From contig OY771506.1 of NCBI GenBank assembly GCA_963674705.1, positions 3,104,001 to 3,168,000 of the forward strand: a DNA stretch of 64,000 bases, in the 5' to 3' direction. The notes beneath the pieces are model-generated. The model did not search any database, was not told where the DNA came from, and worked only from the letters and a program-made list of their open reading frames with translations. Position 1 is the first letter of the stretch, and the number at the start of each line of letters is the position of its first letter. Both the position numbers and the translations under genes were made by a program. Below are positions 37,739-47,380 of this stretch, piece after piece. The stretch comes from Phycisphaeraceae bacterium (lineage in GTDB: Bacteria > Planctomycetota > Phycisphaerae > Phycisphaerales > Phycisphaeraceae).

Positions 37739-40120
37739 ATGAAAGTGAGTGACGAATACACACAAGGTCAACCGTTTAACGCCGGCCCCCAGTTTGGTCT
37801 CAAAGGCTCGGCCGCCGAGATCGAAACGGTAATCGAACGGGTCAAGGACGAACGCCTGCGACTGATCAGGCTTCTTAAAGATTGCGAGACACGCTTCGGC
37901 ACCACTGGCGTCGTCCCGCCCGCCGAAGAGATCGCAAGGCTCACCGGCAAGGTCCGCGCGATCGATGAGGCCGTCCGCAACCGCTATATGCAACTTCGCC
38001 ACGACGAATCAATCGTCCAGAAGCGGGCCCAGCAGATCGACCAGATCCGTGAGTGCGTGCAAGACCTGACCAACCAGGTCGAGAAGCAGATCGCACAGGC
38101 CAAGAGCATCAGGCCTGATCTGGCTAACGCCCGCCAGTCGGTACAGCAGGAAACCGAACGCGTGCTCGACCAGGCACGCCTTCAGGCTGCGCAGATCAAG
38201 CAAACCCTCGCGGACCGGCTCGAAGAATACCGCAATGCCCAGAGCATCGGCCAGGAACAACTGCGCGAAGTGCGCCGCGAAATCGAGCAGTCCTTCAAGG
38301 ATATCGACAACCGACTCGCAGCCGCCGCCGGCATGGCACGCGACGAGGCGCAGAAGCTCATCGATCCGATCTTCAGCCAACTGGAAAACCACGCCACCGA
38401 GTGCGGTCGACGCATCCAGGAGATGGCCGGTGCCGTTGACGATGTGCTGCGTGAAAAGCTTGAAGAACTGCCCACCAAGGCGCAGCAGGTGCTTGCGCCT
38501 ACACGCGAATCAATGGAAAGCATCATCGAAGACGCCCGTGATGAAATGGCGTCGATTAACGATGCGCTGCGCTCACTCGACCAGAGCGTGCAGGAGTTGT
38601 CTGATAAGGCGCAAGGCGTCGTCAATCAGAACATCGAACAAATGGCCGGCCGCATCGATCAGGCGATCGATGCCCGTTTAGCCGAAAAACTCGCCCAGCA
38701 GCAGGAAGCGATCGACCGCCAGCAAGCGGCGTTCAACGATCACCTGCGCAAGCAGGATGAGCAGTTCACGCAGTACATGCTCAGCCGCGAGAAGATGCTG
38801 CATCAGAGTGAACAGGAAGTCACCGACAAGATCGCCGGCATCATGATGGACAAGCAGGCCGAGATCATCGTCATGCTCGATGACCAGATGTCATCACAGG
38901 CCGACCGCCTGCTGGCTCAGCAGGAAGACAAGATCGACAAGATCCTCAACGATCGTATCGAAGCCGCCTGTTCCAAGCTGATCCGTCGTATCGAAGAATC
39001 GATCAACGGTGCTGAAGAAAAAGCCGAGCAGACCGCCCAGCAGATCAAGGAAAACCTTGTTGCTTCCATCGATCAGAGCCGCGCCGAAGCCGAAGATGCG
39101 ATCAGCCAACTTATCGAGCAGGTCACGCAAGAGAAGGACCGCATCAATCATTCCATGACCTCGCACCGCGACACCGTCACCGCCGCGATCAACGAGATCG
39201 AACACAAGGCGCGCGAGGTAAGTGAGAAGGCGCATCGCCAAGCCGAGGACGTCGGCAACATGATCGAAAGCAAGCTGCGCGAGCAGGTCATCGGCGCGAT
39301 GAGCCGGGCCGATGCACTCAGCGATCCGCTCAAGGCCCGTCTCGACGAGTCGCTTGAGGAAGTCCGCCGTCATGCGGATGAATACCTGCAAAAAGCCGAG
39401 ATCGAGCAGAACGAAAAGACCAAGGCCCACTGGGAAGCTTTCCGCCAAACCACCCAGGCCGCGCTCGAAAAGCAGAAGAACGACCTGGATGTTCAGACCC
39501 AGGCAACCGTCGACCAGTCGCAAGAAAAGATGCGCCAGCGCGTGCAGGAACTCTGTGCCTCCAGCCAGAGCATGGTCGACATGATCGAGCAGCAACTCGT
39601 GCGCCGACTCAAGGGTATCGAACCGCAGAGCACACAGATCCTCGAAACCATCGAGAAGCAGATACACGGCCGACTCAGTCAGCTTCGGCAAAACGCAGAG
39701 GCCATGGTCCAGCTCGTCGAAGATCAGCTTTCCAAGCGTGTTTCGGAACTGCAACCCAGCGCGATCAACGCTGCACGTGATGCCGAGCGAGAACTCAACG
39801 AACACATGGACCGCATCCGCCAGGAAGTCGAAGCAGTCGTCGGCCCGTTGCGTCGGCAGGTCATCGAGGAACTCAGCCAGATCGCCGACGTCGGCAAGAC
39901 CGTCCGCGGTGCGATCAAACACGACGTCTCTCATCACGTGACCAACGCTGGTGTGACCGAGCCGCCGATCGTTGATGCCCGCCGTCTCATGACCCCGCTA
40001 CAGGAGATGGCAGCCCGCATGAACAAGAAAGCCGCCCAACTCGTCAACACCAATGTCGAGTCCTCGGATACCGCCGAAGCCGACGACAGCGAAGACGAAG
40101 CCGATCGCAAGGCCGCGTAA
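37739..40120 (+). CDS. Cytoplasmic long coiled-coil protein of unknown function
   Basis: 793 aa, almost wholly E/Q/A/R/L helical composition, no TM or signal peptide; RBS AGGAG. Confidence 0.8.
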   Translation: MKVSDEYTQGQPFNAGPQFGLKGSAAEIETVIERVKDERLRLIRLLKDCETRFGTTGVVPPAEEIARLTGKVRAIDEAVRNRYMQLRHDESIVQKRAQQIDQIRECVQDLTNQVEKQIAQAKSIRPDLANARQSVQQETERVLDQARLQAAQIKQTLADRLEEYRNAQSIGQEQLREVRREIEQSFKDIDNRLAAAAGMARDEAQKLIDPIFSQLENHATECGRRIQEMAGAVDDVLREKLEELPTKAQQVLAPTRESMESIIEDARDEMASINDALRSLDQSVQELSDKAQGVVNQNIEQMAGRIDQAIDARLAEKLAQQQEAIDRQQAAFNDHLRKQDEQFTQYMLSREKMLHQSEQEVTDKIAGIMMDKQAEIIVMLDDQMSSQADRLLAQQEDKIDKILNDRIEAACSKLIRRIEESINGAEEKAEQTAQQIKENLVASIDQSRAEAEDAISQLIEQVTQEKDRINHSMTSHRDTVTAAINEIEHKAREVSEKAHRQAEDVGNMIESKLREQVIGAMSRADALSDPLKARLDESLEEVRRHADEYLQKAEIEQNEKTKAHWEAFRQTTQAALEKQKNDLDVQTQATVDQSQEKMRQRVQELCASSQSMVDMIEQQLVRRLKGIEPQSTQILETIEKQIHGRLSQLRQNAEAMVQLVEDQLSKRVSELQPSAINAARDAERELNEHMDRIRQEVEAVVGPLRRQVIEELSQIADVGKTVRGAIKHDVSHHVTNAGVTEPPIVDARRLMTPLQEMAARMNKKAAQLVNTNVESSDTAEADDSEDEADRKAA

Positions 40121-40141
40121 TACCCTTACCCACAACAACCT

Positions 40142-40183
40142 AAAGCCCGGTCACGGCCGAAGGCCTTGACCGGGTTTTCTTTT
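40142..40183 (+). terminator. Rho-independent terminator
   Basis: CCCGGTCA...TGACCGGG stem followed by TTTTCTTTT. Confidence 0.8.
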
Positions 40184-40220
40184 CAATTCCTGAGTTCATA
40201 TCCTCGCATATTTTCCATCA

Positions 40221-40255
40221 AATCCCCAATCCCCAATCCCGAATCCCCCAACCTA
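40221..40255. repeat. Heptamer tandem repeat (CCCCAAT)n
   Basis: CCCCAAT CCCCAAT CCCGAAT CCCCCAA upstream of fumC. Confidence 0.75.
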
Positions 40256-40336
40256 CGTTGCACTCCGCCCCGAATTCGGTAGATTCGCACCGTCACAAGA
40301 CGCCCCCACGCAACATCACCTGGAAGATTGATAACC

Positions 40337-41749
40337 ATGACTACTAACACACGTATCGAAAAAGACTCCATGGGCGAAATGCCCGTCCCCGCCGACGCCC
40401 TGTATGGCGCTTCGACCGCCCGGGCCGTCGCCAACTTCCCCATCGCTAATAGACCACTTCCGGGAGCCGTGATCCACGCCTTTGGACACCTCAAGGCCGC
40501 CTGCGCCCAGGCCAACGTCGAACTCGGCAAGCTCGATAAGAAGCTCGCCGACGCCATCATCGCCGCCGCAAATGAAGTCGCCGAGGGCAAGCATGATGCC
40601 CACTTCCCGGTCGACATCTACCAGACCGGCTCAGGCACCAGCACCAACATGAACGCCAACGAGGTCATCGCCGCAGTCGCCAACGACAAGCTCGGTCTCG
40701 GTGCGACAACCAAAGCCGAAGGCGGCGTCCACCCCAACGACCATGTCAACATGGGCCAGTCATCCAACGATACTTTCCCGACCGCGATGCACATCGCCGG
40801 TGCACTGGCGATCAAGAAGTCGCTGTGTCCCGCGCTGGCAAACCTGCAGTCAGAACTCGACAATAAAGCCAAGGCCCTCGACAAGATCATCAAGACCGGC
40901 CGAACCCACCTGATGGACGCCACGCCCATCCGCATGGGCCAAGTCTTCTCCGGCTACGCACAACAGGTCAAGCTCGCCAGCGATCGCGCAAGCTGGGCCG
41001 CGAAGGAAATGCTTGTCAATATGCCAATCGGCGGTACCGCCGTCGGCACGGGCATCAACACCTTCACCGGATTCGCTGAAAAGGTCTGCCAGGTCCTGTC
41101 CAAGAAACTCGGCGTAACTTTCAATGAAGCGGACAATCATCCCGAAGCACAGGCCGCGAAGGATTCGTTCGTCTCCGCTCATGGTCACCTCAAAACGATC
41201 GCTACCAGCCTCACCAAGATCGCCAACGACATCCGCCACCTCGGCTCAGGCCCACGCTGCGCGATCGGCGAACTCAACCTGCCCGCCATCCAGCCCGGCT
41301 CATCCATCATGCCCGGCAAGGTCAACCCCGTCATCTGCGAGTCCGTCATGCAGGTCGCCTGCCGCGTCATCGGTAACGACGCAACCGTCACCATGGCCGG
41401 CCTCGGCGGCGTCGGCTCCCTCTTCGAACTCAACGTCGCCATGCCCGTCATGATCGACGCCTTCCTCGAATCCACCTCGCTGCTGGCCAACGTCAGCAAC
41501 GTCTTCGTCGACAAACTCCTCAAAGACCTGGAAGTCAACGAAACCCGCTGCACCGAACTGCTCGAAGCCTCCTTGATGACGATCACCGCCCTGGCCCCCG
41601 AAGTCGGCTACGACAAGTGCGCCGCACTCGCCAAGCAAGCCCACAAGGAAGGCAAAACCATCAAGCAGCTCGTCGGCGAACTCAAGCTGATGCCGGATGA
41701 ACGCTTAGCCGAGTTGATGGACTACGAAAGCATGACCCACCCCGGGTGA
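40337..41749 (+). CDS. fumC: Fumarate hydratase class II
   Basis: RIEKDSMG, QTGSGTSTNMN, HPNDHVNMGQSSND, GSSIMPGKVNP. Confidence 0.95.
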   Translation: MTTNTRIEKDSMGEMPVPADALYGASTARAVANFPIANRPLPGAVIHAFGHLKAACAQANVELGKLDKKLADAIIAAANEVAEGKHDAHFPVDIYQTGSGTSTNMNANEVIAAVANDKLGLGATTKAEGGVHPNDHVNMGQSSNDTFPTAMHIAGALAIKKSLCPALANLQSELDNKAKALDKIIKTGRTHLMDATPIRMGQVFSGYAQQVKLASDRASWAAKEMLVNMPIGGTAVGTGINTFTGFAEKVCQVLSKKLGVTFNEADNHPEAQAAKDSFVSAHGHLKTIATSLTKIANDIRHLGSGPRCAIGELNLPAIQPGSSIMPGKVNPVICESVMQVACRVIGNDATVTMAGLGGVGSLFELNVAMPVMIDAFLESTSLLANVSNVFVDKLLKDLEVNETRCTELLEASLMTITALAPEVGYDKCAALAKQAHKEGKTIKQLVGELKLMPDERLAELMDYESMTHPG

Positions 41750-41781
41750 TCAAGGTCGAACGACATGTAATACATCAATCT

Positions 41782-41820
41782 GAACGGGGTCACGTATGAA
41801 GCGTGGCTCCGTTCGCTTTT
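41782..41820 (+). terminator. Probable terminator after fumC
   Basis: GAACGGGGTCACGT / GCGTGGCTCCGTTC stem (with GU pairs) followed by T residues. Confidence 0.55.
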
Positions 41821-41851
41821 AGATACAGGTTTTGTCATACTGTGATATACC

Positions 41852-42649
41852 ATGGTAAACCGGGATCAACCACTACCAGCACCTGAGAACGTTCCCGATC
41901 AATGGGAATTCTACTTGGCAAAAGTCGATCATCGTCCGGCTTCAATCTTATTTAATGACTGGTACAAGAATCATCTCCCGATTGCTGAGTTGCCGGTTTT
42001 ATATTGGTGTCGCATCCAGATGCGCGATGCCGCTGAACATGGTATGGGCGTCGGTGAGGATGCTGAAGCACTGACTCAGTTGGAAGATACCCTGAATGAC
42101 GAGGCCTCAGCCCACGGTTTATATCCAGTTGGCCGTTTGCGAAACGATGGTGTCTGGCAAATTGCCTACTACGGCCCTAAAGGTAAGGATATCAAGCTGA
42201 TCGCTTCCCTCTGGCTGGATCCGGTAGAGCGCGAATACGAAGTTGGTTCATCCGACGACCCTGAATGGTCATACTACATAGACTTCCTGCTCCCTGACGA
42301 AGAACGCTCGCAGTGGATCGCCGATTGTCGAGTGATTGAAAACCTTCGTAAGCACGGCGATCCACTCTCTAGCCCAAGGCGTGTGGATCATTGGGTTTTC
42401 TGCAATGATGAGGCTTCAAGAAGTCGGTTCCGCGATGACGCGGTGAACATGGGTTTTTCAGTTGAAAATGAATGGATAGATAAAGAGAATTCTCCCAGCC
42501 AGCCATTTATTATTCAGATATATCGAACTGATGTCGTTGAGTTAGAAGAAATTCATGCTGTCATCATGCAGCTTGTGAACCTCGCAAAGAGTGTTGATGT
42601 GACTTATGACGGTTGGGAAACCTTTGTAATCAAGCCTGATCAAAAGTGA
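41852..42649 (+). CDS. DUF695-like domain + RraB-like (RNase E inhibitor fold) domain protein
   Basis: C-terminal LRKHGDPLSSPRRVDHWVF...YDGWET pattern; N-terminal W-x-F-Y...P-A-S-I and DPEWSYY. Confidence 0.75.
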   Translation: MVNRDQPLPAPENVPDQWEFYLAKVDHRPASILFNDWYKNHLPIAELPVLYWCRIQMRDAAEHGMGVGEDAEALTQLEDTLNDEASAHGLYPVGRLRNDGVWQIAYYGPKGKDIKLIASLWLDPVEREYEVGSSDDPEWSYYIDFLLPDEERSQWIADCRVIENLRKHGDPLSSPRRVDHWVFCNDEASRSRFRDDAVNMGFSVENEWIDKENSPSQPFIIQIYRTDVVELEEIHAVIMQLVNLAKSVDVTYDGWETFVIKPDQK

Positions 42650-42722
42650 ACACCGCATTCTGCACAACTAAGACGTAATCAAATAATCAAATGCTTTACA
42701 GGCATACAAAAGGGAGACCGAT

Positions 42723-43520
42723 ATGTATCGATATGCATTAACAGCGCTATTCCTGTGCATGGTTACAACTCTTTCCCACGCCGAACTCACCGTTCAACCC
42801 ATCGCGCTCACTGTTGGCTCGCCTTCCATCGCTGACATGGACTTCCACTTTAAACCCAGCGGCGTCAACGCAGGCACCAGCGTGCAACTGCTGATCGGCG
42901 GTTTTGAAAAAACCGTCGTCGACATCGACAAAGAAAACAGCACACTCGATAACGTCACCGACTCAACCAACAAAGACCTGCTCGAAAAACCACCCGCCAA
43001 AAACAGCGGGCTTACTTTCACCCAAAGCCCCATCGGTCCGTTCCCAAAGATCAGCGAAGAAGGCAGCAAACTCATCGTTGAACTTATCACACCACAAGCG
43101 CCCTCTATCGGTGCAACCAGCATCAAGTATCAGGGAACACTCTCCGTGATCGTTGCCGAAGGCACCAAAACCATCAGCGCAAATGATGTCGCCACCGAGC
43201 CCGGTCAAGTGCAGATCGGCGATCAATCCTTGGAGATTACCGGGTTCGGCCCAAGCGACTGGCAGAAAGGCAAGTTCAAGCTTTCCATCAAGATGACCAG
43301 GCAACTGCTCGACCAGATCGCGTCATGGAAAATCACCGCGGCCGACGGCACTGTGCTCTGCGACCACCCAAGTTCCACCATGACCATGAATACCACCGCC
43401 AATCTCGACCTGATGCTTGCCCAGGAACTCGACAAGATCAACATCGCAATCGAACTCTACGACGGCATGCAGAAAATCGAAGTCCCCATCGACACCAAAG
43501 TAAGCCTCGGTATCGAGTAA
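42723..43520 (+). CDS. Secreted hypothetical protein (beta-rich)
   Basis: Signal peptide ending LSHA-E; RBS GGGAG. Confidence 0.75.
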   Translation: MYRYALTALFLCMVTTLSHAELTVQPIALTVGSPSIADMDFHFKPSGVNAGTSVQLLIGGFEKTVVDIDKENSTLDNVTDSTNKDLLEKPPAKNSGLTFTQSPIGPFPKISEEGSKLIVELITPQAPSIGATSIKYQGTLSVIVAEGTKTISANDVATEPGQVQIGDQSLEITGFGPSDWQKGKFKLSIKMTRQLLDQIASWKITAADGTVLCDHPSSTMTMNTTANLDLMLAQELDKINIAIELYDGMQKIEVPIDTKVSLGIE

Positions 43521-43537
43521 GCCTTACCCCTTCTACC

Positions 43538-43622
43538 CGTTTAGCGGCGGATCGCAGATCCGCGCGTCCGCCATGTTTTCACGACCCAGCCAACACGGCG
43601 ATCTGCGATCGCCCGCTAAACG
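43538..43622. mobile_element. REP doublet (REPIN/BIME-like), intergenic
   Basis: CGTTTAGCGG...CCGCTAAACG terminal inverted repeat; each arm has an internal hairpin (GCGGATC-gca-GATCCGC and GGCGATC-tgc-GATCGCC). Confidence 0.7.
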
Positions 43623-43677
43623 ATCACGATCGACCCGATGAGATACGACACGGCGCTCGGGCTATAATGCCCCGCTT

Positions 43678-45696
43678 ATGCCGACCGGCAACGACTACAA
43701 CGTGATCGTCATCGGCGGGGGCCACGCCGGCGCGGAAGCCGCCTGGGCCGCCGCCAATCGCCTGCGCGCTGAGTTCGACGACTCCAAAGGTAAGTTGGGT
43801 AAAGTCGCCCTGATTACCATGGACCCGGCCAAGATCGGCACGATGAGTTGCAACCCGGCGATCGGCGGGCTCGCCAAGGGACAGATGGTCCGGGAGATCG
43901 ATGCGATGGGGGGGCTTATGGGCCTCGCCGCCGACGCCACCGGCATCCAGTTCCGCATCCTCAACGCCAGCAAGGGCCCCGCCGTCCGAGGCCCACGCTG
44001 CCAATCCGACAAATACGCCTACGCCCTGGAAGTCCAGCGCCTGCTCAAGACCCGCCCCAACCTCGACATCCTCGCCGGCGCAGTCGAAGACCTGATCGTC
44101 GAAGACGGCCGATGCGTCGGGGTTGTCTTCTCGCCCCAATCCCCAACCCCCAATCCCCAATCCCTACGCGCCAGCGCCACCATCCTCACCACCGGCACCT
44201 TCATGCGTGGCCTGCTGCACACCGGCGACGCCCAAACCCCCGGCGGCCGCATCGGCGAAGCACCCGCCGTCGGCATCAGTTCATCACTGAAAAAACTAGG
44301 CTTCGAACTCGGCCGACTCAAAACCGGCACGCCCCCGCGCCTCGCCGCCGAGTCCATCAACTTCGACGCACTCGAACTGCAACCGGGCGACGACACTCCC
44401 ATCCCCTTCAGTGAAATGACCGGCACTGATATCAACGATTCATCTGTTCCCCTTAGCCGCGACCTGCCAGGTCGCGCGCAAGGTGAAGTACAAACCGACC
44501 ACGCGCACGCTGGCAGCGTGCGGCTAAACAATCATGATGTTTACCGCGTCGTCCGATCCCGCTTCCCCGTCCTCGAACAGCGCCCCTGCTGGATCACGTA
44601 CACCACGCACGAAGCACATGAACTGATCCGAAACAATCTCGACCGCGCTCCACTATTCAACGGCCAGATCGCCCGCGATAGCACCGGCCCTCGCTACTGC
44701 CCGTCCATCGAAGACAAGGTCATGCGTTTTGCTGATCGGCAGTCGCATCACGTTTTCCTTGAACCCGAATCGCTTTCGACCAACGAGATCTACTGCAACG
44801 GCATCAGCACCTCGCTGCCGAAGGATGTGCAGGAATTCGTTGTCCATCACCTGCCCGGCTGCGAGAACGCGAAGATCCTCCGCTATGGCTACGCGGTCGA
44901 ATACGACATGGTCTGGCCTCACCAGATCGATGCAACCTGCATGACCAAGCGCCTGCCGGGCCTGTTCCTTGCGGGTCAGATCAACGGCACGAGCGGTTAC
45001 GAAGAAGCGGCAGGGCAGGGGCTCATGGCCGCGATCAATGCGGTGCAATACAGCCGTGGCGTTGACATGATCCGCTTGCGTCGTGACGAAGCGTACATCG
45101 GCGTGATGATGGATGACCTTGTTACCAAGATCCCGCGCGAGCCGTACCGAATGTTTACCAGCCGCGCCGAGTTCCGACTGATGCTCCGCGCTGACAACGC
45201 CGACCAACGCCTCACGCCTTTTGCACGCAAGCTCGATCTTGTTGATGATGCACGTTGGCAGCACTACCAGGCCAAGCGCGATGCCCACGCCGCGCTCAAC
45301 GACTACATCGACAACCGCACGCTGGATGGCCAACCGATGTCGCGATGGATCGCACGCCAGGAAGTCGACGCCGACGCCGTCCTCGAAAATCTCAACGGCG
45401 ATCCGCTGCCGGAACTGGCACGCGACCGCCGACTCATCAACGCTTACCTGGCCGACCTGCGTTACACCGGATACATCCAACGCCAGCAGAAGCAGATCGA
45501 TCAACTTGCATCGCAGGAAGCCACACCGCTGCCCGGCGAGCTCGACTACACCGGCATCAAGGGCCTGCGCAACGAAGCCGCACAAACGCTCAACCGTTTC
45601 CGCCCCACAACCTTAGGCCAGGCCGGTCGCCTCGCCGGCGTCAACCCCGCCGATATCATGGTCATCAGCGTCGCGCTATCGAGCAGAGGTCAATAA
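43678..45696 (+). CDS. mnmG: tRNA uridine 5-carboxymethylaminomethyl modification enzyme MnmG (GidA)
   Basis: IGGGHAG, MSCNPAIGG, LKTGTPPRL, GPRYCPSIEDK, AGQINGTSGYEEAAGQG, YRMFTSRAE. Confidence 0.98.
   Translation: MPTGNDYNVIVIGGGHAGAEAAWAAANRLRAEFDDSKGKLGKVALITMDPAKIGTMSCNPAIGGLAKGQMVREIDAMGGLMGLAADATGIQFRILNASKGPAVRGPRCQSDKYAYALEVQRLLKTRPNLDILAGAVEDLIVEDGRCVGVVFSPQSPTPNPQSLRASATILTTGTFMRGLLHTGDAQTPGGRIGEAPAVGISSSLKKLGFELGRLKTGTPPRLAAESINFDALELQPGDDTPIPFSEMTGTDINDSSVPLSRDLPGRAQGEVQTDHAHAGSVRLNNHDVYRVVRSRFPVLEQRPCWITYTTHEAHELIRNNLDRAPLFNGQIARDSTGPRYCPSIEDKVMRFADRQSHHVFLEPESLSTNEIYCNGISTSLPKDVQEFVVHHLPGCENAKILRYGYAVEYDMVWPHQIDATCMTKRLPGLFLAGQINGTSGYEEAAGQGLMAAINAVQYSRGVDMIRLRRDEAYIGVMMDDLVTKIPREPYRMFTSRAEFRLMLRADNADQRLTPFARKLDLVDDARWQHYQAKRDAHAALNDYIDNRTLDGQPMSRWIARQEVDADAVLENLNGDPLPELARDRRLINAYLADLRYTGYIQRQQKQIDQLASQEATPLPGELDYTGIKGLRNEAAQTLNRFRPTTLGQAGRLAGVNPADIMVISVALSSRGQ
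44134..44166. repeat. Heptamer tandem repeat (CCCCAAY)x4 within mnmG
   Basis: Encodes PQSPTPNPQSL in frame. Confidence 0.8.
44451..44529. mobile_element. REP doublet inserted in frame in mnmG
   Basis: TTAGCCGC...GCGGCTAA inverted ends with internal hairpins GCGACCT-gcc-AGGTCGC and GCACGCT-ggc-AGCGTGC. Confidence 0.7.
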
Positions 45697-45699
45697 ACA

Positions 45700-46458
45700 A
45701 TGCCGCTATTTTCCGGGAATCCTGACAAGCCGCGTATCAAGCTACGCATCCGCAATTACAAGGCACTGAAAAAGTATGCCGAGCACCCCAAGTGTTTGAA
45801 CTGCGGCTACGACCTGCGCGGTCAATACATGGCAGGCCTCTTAAACTGCTCGGAGTGCGGCCAATCCTGCACCCATGAAGACATCGCCGACCTCATCGCC
45901 GGCCAGCGCGCCGGTTACATACCCGTTATTACCGAGATGCGCGGGGGCGTAAAGGTAGCGTTTTGTTATCCGTTGATCGTGCTTGGCCAACTGATGTGTA
46001 TTTCACCTGTTCAGTGGTACTTGGAATCCAATCTTGTCATCGTCGTGACAATCATGTTGGTCATCAACACATTGATCTACCTCGCCTGGCTTGGGTTTAC
46101 CCTCTTCCGTGCGTATCAGGTCTTCGGGAACTGGAGAGGCATACTGCACTGGCTGCTTTCATTTATCTATGCATCAGTATTCCTCGTCGGCCTGATCCCG
46201 TTGATGATGACTACCGGCTTCTTGATCGTCTACGTCGTCAGCTTCTTTGATCGACACGGCAGCCGTGAAGAAATGAACGCGGTCTTCACCTGGGGTTGGC
46301 CCTACCTGATGATCGTCGGCGCGGTGTTGCTGATCATTATCAATGAATGGTGGTCAACCAAGTGCGTCATCAAACCCTGCCGCAATCGCTGCCGCGAACT
46401 GGTGCTGGAATTACTACCGCCATTGCCCGAAGTAAAGCAGAATAGCTCAATCCAATAA
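45700..46458 (+). CDS. Zinc-ribbon (CxxCGYDL...CxECG) multi-pass membrane protein, paralog 1
   Basis: CLNCGYDLRG...CSECG followed by about 4 TM helices. Confidence 0.75.
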   Translation: MPLFSGNPDKPRIKLRIRNYKALKKYAEHPKCLNCGYDLRGQYMAGLLNCSECGQSCTHEDIADLIAGQRAGYIPVITEMRGGVKVAFCYPLIVLGQLMCISPVQWYLESNLVIVVTIMLVINTLIYLAWLGFTLFRAYQVFGNWRGILHWLLSFIYASVFLVGLIPLMMTTGFLIVYVVSFFDRHGSREEMNAVFTWGWPYLMIVGAVLLIIINEWWSTKCVIKPCRNRCRELVLELLPPLPEVKQNSSIQ

Positions 46459-46584
46459 CTCGGCCAGGTTGTGTGAGTTGCTGTATAGTTAGCTAAGGTC
46501 CACACACAATCGGGTGCTTAGAGCGATTTGCACCGTTTGTGACCGCCCCATTTGCCGGGCTATCAATTATGAATATGGCCTAAC

Positions 46585-47319
46585 GTGAAACACACCAGCA
46601 AAGCATCATCCTACCGAAAGCTGCAGAAGTTCTGCCGCCAGCCGACCTGTCTGAAGTGCGGGTATGACCTGCGTGTTCAATTGCTCAAGCGGCACGAGCA
46701 TTGCCCGGAGTGCGGCCAAGCTTGTCATATCGATGACTTGGCCGATCAGATCGCAGGCCAACCGTGGCAATCGCTGCCCGTCGTGTCGGAGTTGTTCACA
46801 GGTCTGATCACTTTGTTAGCACTTCCTTTCGGAATAGCAGGTGTAATCATGGTGCTATCATCGATCATCTACAACCTTGACATTGAGTCGGGTAAGCCAA
46901 CGATCGTTCTGGTGGTCCTTGGTGTTGTCGTATGGTTGCTCGGGCTATGGGGTTCAATCAAATCCGCATACCAGGCGTTCGGATCACTTAAAGGTGTGCT
47001 GTTGTGGTGCCTGTTGCAGGTCCTGCTTCTGCTCTATCTATTATCAGTTCTTATGGTCGGATTATGGTGCCTGTGGCTGTTGGTAGTCTTTCTAAATGCG
47101 GTCTTCAAAGATGCCAACTTCAGGACCATCACCTCGGCGGGTTGGGCTCAGGTTATTCTGTTGATTGGGGTATGCGTCTGGATCGCGTGTAAGATTCTGA
47201 TCTCAAGACTCGTCATCGAACCGTCACGCAAGCGATGCCGGGAGCTATCCATGCAATGGCTAAGCGAGTATCAGGCGTCACTCGAATCACAAGAACCGTC
47301 TAACACATCCAACGTATAA
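46585..47319 (+). CDS. Zinc-ribbon multi-pass membrane protein, paralog 2
   Basis: CLKCGYDLR...CPECG, about 4 TM; shares DxIAGQ, AYQxFG and VIxPxRxRCREL with the upstream gene. Confidence 0.75.
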   Translation: MKHTSKASSYRKLQKFCRQPTCLKCGYDLRVQLLKRHEHCPECGQACHIDDLADQIAGQPWQSLPVVSELFTGLITLLALPFGIAGVIMVLSSIIYNLDIESGKPTIVLVVLGVVVWLLGLWGSIKSAYQAFGSLKGVLLWCLLQVLLLLYLLSVLMVGLWCLWLLVVFLNAVFKDANFRTITSAGWAQVILLIGVCVWIACKILISRLVIEPSRKRCRELSMQWLSEYQASLESQEPSNTSNV

Positions 47320-47380
47320 AAGTTATTCACATCTCACGGCTGTGGTTGATTCTGCCACATCTTTAGGCTTTGATATGAAC

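Noticed and set aside
41852..42649. Functional link between the RraB-like gene and rne 8 kb away
   Set aside because: Different operon and strand. The DUF695-RraB architecture is widespread without such linkage, and proximity alone is not evidence.
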